Part shown: positions 15,981-24,341 of the stretch, one piece after another
How the letters are laid out: each line of letters begins with the position of its first letter
Numbering within the stretch: the first letter of the stretch is position 1
Origin: a virus
Length of the DNA: 64,000 nt
IMG/VR virus record: IMGVR_UViG_3300037247_001689
Coordinates: 32,001-96,000 of that record
Direction: 5' to 3' (one strand)
Made by a program: the position numbers and the translations under genes
The notes under the pieces: model-generated
Database searches by the model: none
Told to the model about the DNA's origin: nothing
The model's input: the letters and a program-made list of their open reading frames with translations, nothing else

Positions 15981-18881
15981 ATGCAAATAGTCATTCCAAG
16001 ATCAGAATTTTTCCAAAAAGGTTTTGTCCATCAGCATACACGTAAAGGCAAAACTGTTGGTCCTTATTTCACTAAAAGATTACCCGGCAAGGTTAAGGAA
16101 AAACATACCCGTGAACGATTCCATGATCATGATAAAGCGAGCGCAAAAAAAGCCCATGACGAACTTGAATCTAAAAAAGAAAAATCTAAACTAATCCTTC
16201 AAGCCCTGAAAACGGAGCATAAAAAGCTTACTAAAGAAGGACCAATCAAAGATGAAAAAATTCCCCATGGTGATAAATTATCGCATTTAAAACAGCATAT
16301 CAAAAACGAAGAACAACACATAGATAACCATTCTCGCAAGCAAGGACATATTAAAAACCGCTATGTAATCGCAGGAAAACAGCACGAAGCCAAACGGGCT
16401 AAATCCGAACTTGAAAAGAAGATAGAACCACATTCTGAGGCTCAAAAAGAAACGATTCGAAAAATCCATGAACATGGGAAAGATACCCACGAAACCGGCA
16501 GAGTCTTATCAGGAAAAGATAAAGATCATGTCTACCTTGAACGAAAAAACAAAGAGACCGGTGAAACCAAACATATTGCCATTCATAAAGATGGTGAGAT
16601 TAAAGACCCTAATATTTTACATGAAGGGAAGTTTGATTCTAAAACGTTGACCGATAAACAAGCACAGGCAGAAAAGAAACAAGTAGTCGTCAAAATGCCT
16701 GAGAAAAAAGAAGCTAAAACATCAAAAGATCATAAAGTATTCCCTAAAAAAATGACATTCCCCGCAATCCAAAAATACTTTCATGAAAACGATGTCAAAA
16801 AAGGAATGACATTTCAATTAGGCGATGCAAAGGGAACTAAAATAAACAAGGTGGTATCCGTTGACGATAATAAAGTCGTTATTCAGATGGAAAACGGGAT
16901 TAAGCACGAAATCAAAGTTGACCCGAAAGTAAAGAAGGAAATTAAATCCACCAGTGAAAAAGTAGCTCAGATTAAAAAAGAAATTGAGACGGTTAAGAAA
17001 ACTGAAGCCGAGGAAAAAGAAAATCGGTCTCAGGCGATGAAAGGCAATAAGAACGCTTACAAAGGAGGACCGGAAGATAGGGAAATTACAAAAGCTATCA
17101 AGAAAGAGTTAAAGATTAAGCCCGTCTTAAAAGGAATGGCAATAAGCACTGATTTACTGGATAATGGTCGGGCTGAATTAATGGGTAGAAGTATTAAGGA
17201 TTCAAGAGAAATGGCTGCTATCGCCCAAGTGTTCCGTGATCCAAGATATGAAACAATACGGTATGTTTTAACAAAAAAAGATAAAGTAGTTGCTCATTTA
17301 GCCGTTACCAGTAAAATGCCAGCTTTAGCGTTAGTGTCTCCCAAAAAACCTGGCGAAAAACAAACAAGCGCAGTAGATTTTTTAAGTGGAAAGATGAAAG
17401 AGCATTCAGCTGATGGATATTATCTAATACACAATCATCCATCAGGGGATCCGAATGCATCAGATGCGGATATAAACATAACAGGAGTTTTAGCTTCAGC
17501 CGTTCTGGGGTTCAAAGATCATATAATTATAAATTCTAACAAATATGCCAGTATTAAAAGAGGAAAAGGTGGTAGATTTATGCAAGAAATCAATGATCTA
17601 AATGGAGGCAAAGATGAGATATTAAAACCATCGTTAGATCATCCATTATTAGGACAATTAGTAAATAGCCAACAATCTCTTGCAGAAATTTCAAAAGATT
17701 TTCAAAATAGTGATAAATATTTTACCTTAGTCGGCGCTGATAATAAGTTAAAAACACGAACAATTCTTGAAATGCCAATGGATATGACTAAAAATAACCC
17801 AGCATCCAGAAAAGCATTTGAAAGTTTTTTAAGAACACACACAAGGGAAACTGGATCAAATCATTTCTTTATTGCAGGACTTGATAATAACGCGAGTAAT
17901 AGAAAGTTTTTAGCTAATGCAGAACATCATGGGTTGATATTGGATGCACATTTTAATGACAATAAAATTCTTTCTGAAATGGGTCAGGAGAAACATACGC
18001 TTATTGATGGGGATAAAACATTTTCCGATTTACCAGAAAAAGAAGTAACTGGTTATTTAACTGAAGAAAAACCGAAAGAACCTAAAAAAGTAACAGTGCA
18101 GAAACAAGTTAAGAGTGAGAAAAAGTCAGGAAACATATTTGATAAGGAATTTTCTGAAATTAAAGAGTTAGCCGAATCAAAAAAAATCACTCCAGAGCAA
18201 ATAGCGGAGGATCAAAAAAAATCGTCATATGACCATAAGGGATATAAAATATATCCATCTTTGTACCGTGACGGTATAAAATGGGTCGCTCAATCAACTG
18301 ATCATAAAGAAAAAAATACCCCTGTTGGCGAAGGGATGGGGGACTCTGTTCATAAATCAAAAAAAGAAGCAGAGGAACAAATCGATTGGAATATAAAAAG
18401 CTCAAAATCTAAGAAAAAAGCAGAGGAATCATTAAATGATCAAGAAAAAAAACAGATCGAAAGGGAAAAAGAATATAAAAACATTGATGGATTTGCCGAT
18501 AAGGAAGAAAAATTAAAAAAAGGTAGAATTTTAAAATACTTAAATGAAAGTATGAATTATCAAGGAAAGCCGTATATCAGGAAAGAGCTTATCAGGGAAA
18601 AGATAAAAAAAGGATGGAAAATAGGCAAGTCACAAAGGCATGGAAAAATATTAGAGGATGAAGAAGGAAGCTCATTTTTGACAAAAAAAGATATTACAAA
18701 AACGGCTATTGATTATGCTGAATATCTAATTAGTAGAAAAGACTTGGAAAAATCTATAAAACAAAAATCACCCCAACTAAAATCCCTAGAACAAAAAGAA
18801 GAACTATCAAAATCACTAGAAAAACAAAAAGCGTTAAAGGAAAAACGAAAACGTAGGAAAAAACGTAAAGGTAAAAAATAA
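15981..18881 (+). CDS. large polyvalent protein with RadC-like JAB/MPN domain
   Basis: Shared leader; YET..IHNHPSGDPNASDAD..DHIII JAB motif; K/R-rich C-terminal tail. Confidence 0.85.
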   Translation: MQIVIPRSEFFQKGFVHQHTRKGKTVGPYFTKRLPGKVKEKHTRERFHDHDKASAKKAHDELESKKEKSKLILQALKTEHKKLTKEGPIKDEKIPHGDKLSHLKQHIKNEEQHIDNHSRKQGHIKNRYVIAGKQHEAKRAKSELEKKIEPHSEAQKETIRKIHEHGKDTHETGRVLSGKDKDHVYLERKNKETGETKHIAIHKDGEIKDPNILHEGKFDSKTLTDKQAQAEKKQVVVKMPEKKEAKTSKDHKVFPKKMTFPAIQKYFHENDVKKGMTFQLGDAKGTKINKVVSVDDNKVVIQMENGIKHEIKVDPKVKKEIKSTSEKVAQIKKEIETVKKTEAEEKENRSQAMKGNKNAYKGGPEDREITKAIKKELKIKPVLKGMAISTDLLDNGRAELMGRSIKDSREMAAIAQVFRDPRYETIRYVLTKKDKVVAHLAVTSKMPALALVSPKKPGEKQTSAVDFLSGKMKEHSADGYYLIHNHPSGDPNASDADINITGVLASAVLGFKDHIIINSNKYASIKRGKGGRFMQEINDLNGGKDEILKPSLDHPLLGQLVNSQQSLAEISKDFQNSDKYFTLVGADNKLKTRTILEMPMDMTKNNPASRKAFESFLRTHTRETGSNHFFIAGLDNNASNRKFLANAEHHGLILDAHFNDNKILSEMGQEKHTLIDGDKTFSDLPEKEVTGYLTEEKPKEPKKVTVQKQVKSEKKSGNIFDKEFSEIKELAESKKITPEQIAEDQKKSSYDHKGYKIYPSLYRDGIKWVAQSTDHKEKNTPVGEGMGDSVHKSKKEAEEQIDWNIKSSKSKKKAEESLNDQEKKQIEREKEYKNIDGFADKEEKLKKGRILKYLNESMNYQGKPYIRKELIREKIKKGWKIGKSQRHGKILEDEEGSSFLTKKDITKTAIDYAEYLISRKDLEKSIKQKSPQLKSLEQKEELSKSLEKQKALKEKRKRRKKRKGKK

Positions 18882-20383
18882 TGGCTGAAATAACAATCAA
18901 ATTTCTAAAATCAGAGTTCTGCAGATTCGAACCAGGATTTAAAGATCTAAAAGTAAGAATCAAAATAACTGACGTCTGGGATATCGGGGAAGATAATATT
19001 TTTACTGCCAAAATAACAGATATTCACGGCATGGAATACCCGATAACTGACTGGACTGAAACAATCGTAGAATCCACAACAAAACTAACAAAAGAGTACG
19101 ATCTAAATCTGGTAGGGTTTACAGAAAATGATATCCAAGAAAACTCAGGTAAGACAGGCAGCTATGATAATGAAAGATTTTGTATCCCCTTAAATATCGG
19201 AAAAAACACACTCACGGTCCAAATAAACGATACCATAGCCAGCGCAGAATTTGATTTAGTCCCGATTACCGTGGCATCAATTAAAAATCAATACCTTTTA
19301 GGGGTCGATTTACAGTCCAGAACGCAGCTTACTATCCAGCAGGAATTAAGAGAGATAACAGGTGTTGAATTCACTGAAATTTCAAATGATACGACTGTAG
19401 GTGCTAAAGATCTTGTCTGGGATGCAACGGCTAAAACTTTGCAGTGGGATAACGGAAAACCAATTAAAATTGTAGATGCTGAAATTGAGTACCTTTTACC
19501 ATCATACCTTATGATAGCGGGACTTGGAGGTGGCGATTACGTAAGAATCATAGTGGAAGATGTTGACGATTTGCCGAGTTTGAACGTTACGGAAGAATTG
19601 ATTGTGGACGTTAAGCAATTCGGAAACTCTGATTTTCAATATTGGATCAACAATGGATATCAAGTAGCACTTCAGACAATCGCTATGGTCGATTTGGAAC
19701 CAACTCTTTATACATCTGATAAACTACTGGTTGAGAATAACAATTATAAATACCTTGATCCAATTCAACTAGTCACAAAAAGGCAGACCAGAACTCAAAA
19801 CTTTTCCTTTGAGACCCCTATTAATATGCTTCAAAAGGTTATAGAACTTTGGGGGCACTATTCAGGAGAAAACAGGGTTGTTATTGATAATGAAAGGATA
19901 GAAATTGGAACGGACGGAAACATTGTAATTCGCGGTTTTCCTTTGGGTTTTGGTAGCCGTGGTGGTTTTTCTGCTATCGGATTTGCGGGATTAATCGATA
20001 GAACAATTAACGCTGAAACTTACCCGGGATCGAGAAATCCGACTAATAATTTTTGGCAAATGACCGGTACTTTTGGGGTAATCGACAAAGGAATCCGAGA
20101 TTTATTTATCTCAGTAGCAGGAAAAATTGCATCTATCGATCTACTTCTAATAGCAGGAGTCTCTAAAGGACAAGGAATCGCAAGCCAGTCATTCAGTGTT
20201 GACGGGGTGTCCAGCGCATACACAACAACCGAGTCAGCCGAGAACTCGCTGTACAGTGGGGTCTTGACCGATTTACAAAGAGGACTTGGTGTTGGAAAAG
20301 CAACCAAAGAGGAACGAGAAACCGGTTTAGTTAATAAATTAAGAAAAAAGATTGAGGGTGGGTCTCTCGTATTTAAGTTTTAA
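18881..20383 (+). CDS. head-tail adaptor/neck protein (SPO1-like) with N-terminal extension
   Basis: C-terminal GQGIASQSFSVDGVSSAYTTTESAENSLYSG resembles the G.GIA..S.S.DG.S....TT.SA motif of Herelleviridae-type neck proteins. Confidence 0.65.
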   Translation: MAEITIKFLKSEFCRFEPGFKDLKVRIKITDVWDIGEDNIFTAKITDIHGMEYPITDWTETIVESTTKLTKEYDLNLVGFTENDIQENSGKTGSYDNERFCIPLNIGKNTLTVQINDTIASAEFDLVPITVASIKNQYLLGVDLQSRTQLTIQQELREITGVEFTEISNDTTVGAKDLVWDATAKTLQWDNGKPIKIVDAEIEYLLPSYLMIAGLGGGDYVRIIVEDVDDLPSLNVTEELIVDVKQFGNSDFQYWINNGYQVALQTIAMVDLEPTLYTSDKLLVENNNYKYLDPIQLVTKRQTRTQNFSFETPINMLQKVIELWGHYSGENRVVIDNERIEIGTDGNIVIRGFPLGFGSRGGFSAIGFAGLIDRTINAETYPGSRNPTNNFWQMTGTFGVIDKGIRDLFISVAGKIASIDLLLIAGVSKGQGIASQSFSVDGVSSAYTTTESAENSLYSGVLTDLQRGLGVGKATKEERETGLVNKLRKKIEGGSLVFKF

Positions 20384-20664
20384 TCCAATGCCATGTATTC
20401 TTTCCATGGCATATTTGTAAAAAAATCTATACTCCCAACGGGGACACTAACTCCGTCATTTGAATGGCCGTAAAATGTTTCTTCTATCTCATACCCATAA
20501 AGTTTTAATATCTCTCTTAGTAAAATTTTCTCAATGTTGGCCGTTTTTAAATCACAAACAAAACAAGCCTTATCACCATCACCAAAGATCATATCTCTTC
20601 CATATACTGTATGCCCGATATTCTTAATATCTGATTTATAAACAGATATATATTTCGATTCCAT
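20380..20664 (-). CDS. hypothetical protein
   Basis: AAGGAG SD; divergent promoter upstream. Confidence 0.7.
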   Translation of the reverse strand: MESKYISVYKSDIKNIGHTVYGRDMIFGDGDKACFVCDLKTANIEKILLREILKLYGYEIEETFYGHSNDGVSVPVGSIDFFTNMPWKEYMALD

Positions 20665-20686
20665 TCTTAATCTCCTTTTTTAATAG

Positions 20687-20735
20687 TTGACTTTATAATT
20701 TAATATAAGTTATAAATAATTAAAGATATAGTCAA
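20687..20735. promoter_or_regulatory. overlapping divergent sigma70-type promoters around an ATAAGTTAT box
   Basis: TTGACT at 20687-20692 (+) and 20735-20730 (-); ATAAGTTAT at 20705-20713. Confidence 0.6.
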
Positions 20736-20759
20736 TGTTTAATTTATAGAGAGGGTTAT

Positions 20760-21047
20760 ATGTCTGAATTAGAAGTAGGGTGTAAGGCTATTGTGATTGG
20801 TGGTATGCCTGATAATGTTGGTAAAATAGTAACCATTTTATTGTTTATTGGGACTGACGACAAAGAAGATGGGATCAAAGGCAACGATATCTGGGAAACG
20901 GACACCAAACTAACGGTTGGTCATTTTGATAATATAAATATACCTGATGGTAAATCAGTTTTGGAAAATGCCGTAAATATGCGTCGAATCGACGACCACA
21001 ACACAGACGAATATTTCCAAAAAGAATTAAGTCTAACAACACATTAA
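20760..21047 (+). CDS. hypothetical protein (KOW/SH3-like N-terminus)
   Basis: ELEVGCKAIVIGG..NVGKIVTI; GAGAGGG SD. Confidence 0.7.
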   Translation: MSELEVGCKAIVIGGMPDNVGKIVTILLFIGTDDKEDGIKGNDIWETDTKLTVGHFDNINIPDGKSVLENAVNMRRIDDHNTDEYFQKELSLTTH

Positions 21048-21054
21048 GGATATT

Positions 21055-21174
21055 ATGAACAAATACGCAATTGCTTTTTATGTGATTATAATTGGCGTGA
21101 TGTTGTATTTCCTGCCTGATTTGATAAGATTAAGAATAAAATTTGACACATGGATTTTAGGATTTTTTAGCTAA
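21055..21174 (+). CDS. 39-aa membrane peptide (not in ORF track)
   Basis: AAGGA SD; MNKYAIAFYVIIIGVMLYFL... Confidence 0.55.
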   Translation: MNKYAIAFYVIIIGVMLYFLPDLIRLRIKFDTWILGFFS

Positions 21175-21192
21175 CAATACATTAAAAAACAA

Positions 21193-21426
21193 ATGGCACT
21201 TATCGAAATTGGAAAATACAATAAACTGCCCCATTACGAATTAATCGGGAAAGGAACGGATTTTTATGTATGGATTAATGAAGACGGTAGAGGTGAATCT
21301 TCAAAGTGGATTAAGGGGAGAACAGCGTCAAAAGAATACTATAAAATAAAGAATGAAAAAGATAAAAATAAACAGATTCAAATGATAAAAGAACTTTACG
21401 CTCGGTATGAAAAAATAACACACTAA
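21193..21426 (+). CDS. hypothetical protein
   Basis: ORF track; operon packing. Confidence 0.6.
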   Translation: MALIEIGKYNKLPHYELIGKGTDFYVWINEDGRGESSKWIKGRTASKEYYKIKNEKDKNKQIQMIKELYARYEKITH

Positions 21427-21439
21427 TAAAGGATGATAT

Positions 21440-21697
21440 ATGAGAACAGTATGGAAATGTGACTTCTGTCATAAAACAAATGATGATTCAAATTATATGG
21501 CTGATCATGAGGAAGAATGTAGTTACAACCCTAAAAATAAACTATGTTGGACGTGTTATCACGCGAAAGATAATCCAAATCAATACCCTTTCGGTGGCAC
21601 ACTGTTTCTATGCCTGAATAAAAAAGTCGAGTCCGATTATATGCACGATGTTATTGAAGAAAATAAACCATGTAATTATTGGGAGACTAAGCAATGA
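21440..21697 (+). CDS. Cys/His zinc-finger protein
   Basis: CDFC..HEEEC..NP..CWTC..C..C.YW; paralog at 58859. Confidence 0.75.
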   Translation: MRTVWKCDFCHKTNDDSNYMADHEEECSYNPKNKLCWTCYHAKDNPNQYPFGGTLFLCLNKKVESDYMHDVIEENKPCNYWETKQ

Positions 21698-21867
21698 AAA
21701 GTCAGACAATAACACTTATTATATTACAACTAGTTTTAATCTTTATCGGGGCTTGTAGACCAGATGAGCTAAAAATATATGATTATTACATAGGTTCTTT
21801 GCTTGGGGCAGTGCTATCCTTCTCAAATATGGCTATTTATAAAATTCAAAACAGGGCGGGTAAATGA
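21694..21867 (+). CDS. 57-aa membrane protein (not in ORF track)
   Basis: ATGA overlaps at both ends; MKSQTITLIILQLVLIFIGAC... Confidence 0.6.
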   Translation: MKSQTITLIILQLVLIFIGACRPDELKIYDYYIGSLLGAVLSFSNMAIYKIQNRAGK

Positions 21868-22139
21868 AAAAACTCTTAATTTTAATTATTATATTAATGG
21901 TTCCTTTGGTTGGATTTGGAAATTGCGGGACAATAGAACATAATTACAAAAAGTATACTAGCGTCATTTCAGTCTATTGGGTTAGGGCAATCAATATGGA
22001 GAAAGGTAAGAAAACCATTAATGTGTTTACTACGGACACGATGTCTAGTTGGGTAAGGCTCGATTTCAAAACAAAAAAAGAGACAGTGGCGTATTTTGAT
22101 AATTTGGTGATAAAAATGAATCAGTGCAAATTCAAATAA
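21864..22139 (+). CDS. secreted hypothetical protein
   Basis: MKKLLILIIILMVPLVGFG signal peptide. Confidence 0.7.
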   Translation: MKKLLILIIILMVPLVGFGNCGTIEHNYKKYTSVISVYWVRAINMEKGKKTINVFTTDTMSSWVRLDFKTKKETVAYFDNLVIKMNQCKFK

Positions 22140-22149
22140 AAGGATAACT

Positions 22150-22320
22150 ATGAGAATGTGTATAATAATATCATGTATTTTATATTGGTTTATTGGTGGG
22201 TTTGACAGCCAGATTTACAATAATGATTTTTATAACGCTTTTAAGCCCGCTACGTTGATATATTGCTTTGTCTGTTTCATTCAAGCTATTGAAAAAGATT
22301 TCTCACAAATAAAAGGATAA
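22150..22320 (+). CDS. 56-aa membrane protein (not in ORF track)
   Basis: AAAAGGATAACT-ATG SD; hydrophobic segments. Confidence 0.6.
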   Translation: MRMCIIISCILYWFIGGFDSQIYNNDFYNAFKPATLIYCFVCFIQAIEKDFSQIKG

Positions 22321-22322
22321 CT

Positions 22323-22454
22323 ATGTCACAAAGTAAATTAGTAAAAGCGATTGATATTCTAGCGTGTAAATGGATGGCGTTTGGATTTATGACAGGTATG
22401 TCCTGTGGTGGCATGTTGGTATTTATTGCTATCCATTATTTAGGAAAAGGATAA
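22323..22454 (+). CDS. 43-aa membrane peptide (not in ORF track)
   Basis: AAAAGGATAACT-ATG SD; MSQSKLVKAIDILACKWMAFGF... Confidence 0.55.
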   Translation: MSQSKLVKAIDILACKWMAFGFMTGMSCGGMLVFIAIHYLGKG

Positions 22455-22456
22455 AT

Positions 22457-22735
22457 ATGGATAAATCAAAAATAGGTGTTAACGAAAGGCCAATGCCGAC
22501 AACAAAATGTCCAACGTCAAGACCAAATAAAACTATGGATAAATGGATTAAAGAATCAGAAAACAATGCAAGGGTATACGGCCCGATATATGATGAAGGT
22601 GATTTAATAAGCAGAAAACCTTCCGTTGTTTACGCAGTGAGTGATAGTACAAACGAAATAGACTTAAAGGGAGAATTTACAATTGAACATCTAGAGGCTT
22701 TAGTTTCACACATGAAAAAATATAATAAGGAGTGA
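22457..22735 (+). CDS. hypothetical protein
   Basis: Start moved to the ATG behind AAAAGGATAAAT. Confidence 0.6.
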   Translation: MDKSKIGVNERPMPTTKCPTSRPNKTMDKWIKESENNARVYGPIYDEGDLISRKPSVVYAVSDSTNEIDLKGEFTIEHLEALVSHMKKYNKE

Positions 22736-22884
22736 GTATATTTTTAAAACGAAAATTATAATCACGGTGCAGTAAGCGAGACTTATTTTACGGCGCTACC
22801 CAATTGAACTAGTCGAGCCTATGTTGGTATAAAAAATTGCTTTGGGGACTGCACTTAATTATTAAATGTAAACAGTGGATATTT

Positions 22885-23679
22885 ATGAAAACAATCCTAA
22901 CAATAATCATAATACTAATTTCAAGTAGTTCATCAGCCTTTGAAATCCCCAAAAATAAAAGAATTGATCATTGGGTTAATTATTTCCAAGGCAGACATTT
23001 CTTCCAAAAAGCATTGAATAAATCAGCACTATACCGTCCTAAAATCGTCTCTATTTTCGAGAAAAAAGGATTACCTAGCGAATTATCGTGGTTACCACTT
23101 ATCGAATCAGTTTATGATTGTTCGGCACTTAGTGAAGCGAAAGCGGCGGGATGTTGGCAAATTATGGATAAAACAGGCAAGTCGCTTGGTTTAAAAAATG
23201 GTCCGTGGGAAGACCAGAGATACAACTTTGAAAAGTCCACCAACGCAGCGGCAGTCTATTTAAAAAAATTACACAGACGATTCGGAAGGTGGGAATTAGC
23301 AATTGCAGCTTACAACTATGGGCCGACAGCATTACATAAGAAAGTAAAAAAGATTGGCAACGATTTCTGGGAATTGAAATTACCACAAGAGACAATGGAT
23401 TATGTACCGAAATTTTACGCAGTGATCGTGATTGTTTCGGATTTACAAAAATACGGATTTACAAAACCAAAGAACCGGTTCGTCACGGTAAAATTAAAGA
23501 AAGGCTCTCATAATTTACGGTATATTGCAAAACTTTTGAGGGTTAAATATAGAGATTTTGAGAACTTAAATCCAGGTTTTAAGGTCGGGTATACTTCACC
23601 AGATAGGCAGATAACTCTGTTTTTACGGAAGGATTGGAATTATAAGGTGCTTAATAATTTCGGGTTTTTGGAGAATTAA
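22885..23679 (+). CDS. MltD-like lytic murein transglycosylase with signal peptide
   Basis: LPLIES, AAGCWQIM, AAYNYGP and ETMDYVPK SLT motifs; LysM-like C-terminus (IAKLL..FENLNP). Confidence 0.9.
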   Translation: MKTILTIIIILISSSSSAFEIPKNKRIDHWVNYFQGRHFFQKALNKSALYRPKIVSIFEKKGLPSELSWLPLIESVYDCSALSEAKAAGCWQIMDKTGKSLGLKNGPWEDQRYNFEKSTNAAAVYLKKLHRRFGRWELAIAAYNYGPTALHKKVKKIGNDFWELKLPQETMDYVPKFYAVIVIVSDLQKYGFTKPKNRFVTVKLKKGSHNLRYIAKLLRVKYRDFENLNPGFKVGYTSPDRQITLFLRKDWNYKVLNNFGFLEN

Positions 23680-23683
23680 AATT

Positions 23684-23730
23684 AAATAACTTATTATTTA
23701 CTTGACGGATTCCGACAAATTAAATAATAT
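23684..23730 (+). promoter_or_regulatory. repeated promoter/operator cassette, copy 3
   Basis: ATAACTTAT 23686-23694; TTGACG (23702) -17- TAATAT (23725). Confidence 0.85.
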
Positions 23731-23782
23731 TGAGACAAGTTAAACGAATTAAACCAAAAACACTTAATTGGGGAATTAAGAA

Positions 23783-24058
23783 ATGACTAAAAAAATAAGA
23801 ATTTATGTAAGCCAGTATGGAAGTATTTACTCTCTAAAAATAAATGAATGGGTTAGTATTGTAAAAGAAGCTGTTAAGACTGGAAGTTATGAATTAACAA
23901 GTAAAAGATTAAAGTCAAAGCCAGCTTGTTTAAGAATTGATGGATATGGTCATTATTATTCTATACAATCGGATAAAGAATTAATTGAACCGCTTGACTG
24001 GGATTGTGAAGATTTTAAAAACTGGGCGGAGTCACACTATGAAGAAATGGCTGCTTAG
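23783..24058 (+). CDS. hypothetical early protein
   Basis: GGGGAATTAAG SD shared with the 7580 gene. Confidence 0.75.
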   Translation: MTKKIRIYVSQYGSIYSLKINEWVSIVKEAVKTGSYELTSKRLKSKPACLRIDGYGHYYSIQSDKELIEPLDWDCEDFKNWAESHYEEMAA

Positions 24059-24075
24059 CTTAACCGGCAACGAAA

Positions 24076-24114
24076 AACCGCTGAAAATAGTAGGCGGTTT
24101 AACTTTTAAAATTG
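24076..24114 (+). repeat. 39-bp intergenic stem-loop repeat, copy 1
   Basis: 35/39 identical to 24611-24649; AACCGC..GCGGTT stem. Confidence 0.8.
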
Positions 24115-24122
24115 AGAATAAA

Positions 24123-24341
24123 ATGATTAAAGATGATAAAAACGAAAAGACAACACCAAAGAAAAAAGCTCAGGATATTTTAATGGACAAGGTTTCTGTG
24201 GCACTTGGATATTGGACAGAAGGCGATTATGATTCAGAAGTCATGACAGTAAAAGAAAGGGTTGAGGTACAAAGGCAAATGAAAATTCAGGCTGACAGAA
24301 TAGCTAAAATGTTTGGTTTTGACGAAGCGTGGGAAAGCTAA
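24123..24341 (+). CDS. hypothetical protein
   Basis: ATG 8 nt after repeat copy 1. Confidence 0.7.
   Translation: MIKDDKNEKTTPKKKAQDILMDKVSVALGYWTEGDYDSEVMTVKERVEVQRQMKIQADRIAKMFGFDEAWES

Noticed and set aside
22790-22820. tRNA D-arm-like TAGTTCAATTGGGTAGCGC on the minus strand
   Set aside because: No T-arm (GTTCGA) or acceptor stem; no tRNA called.
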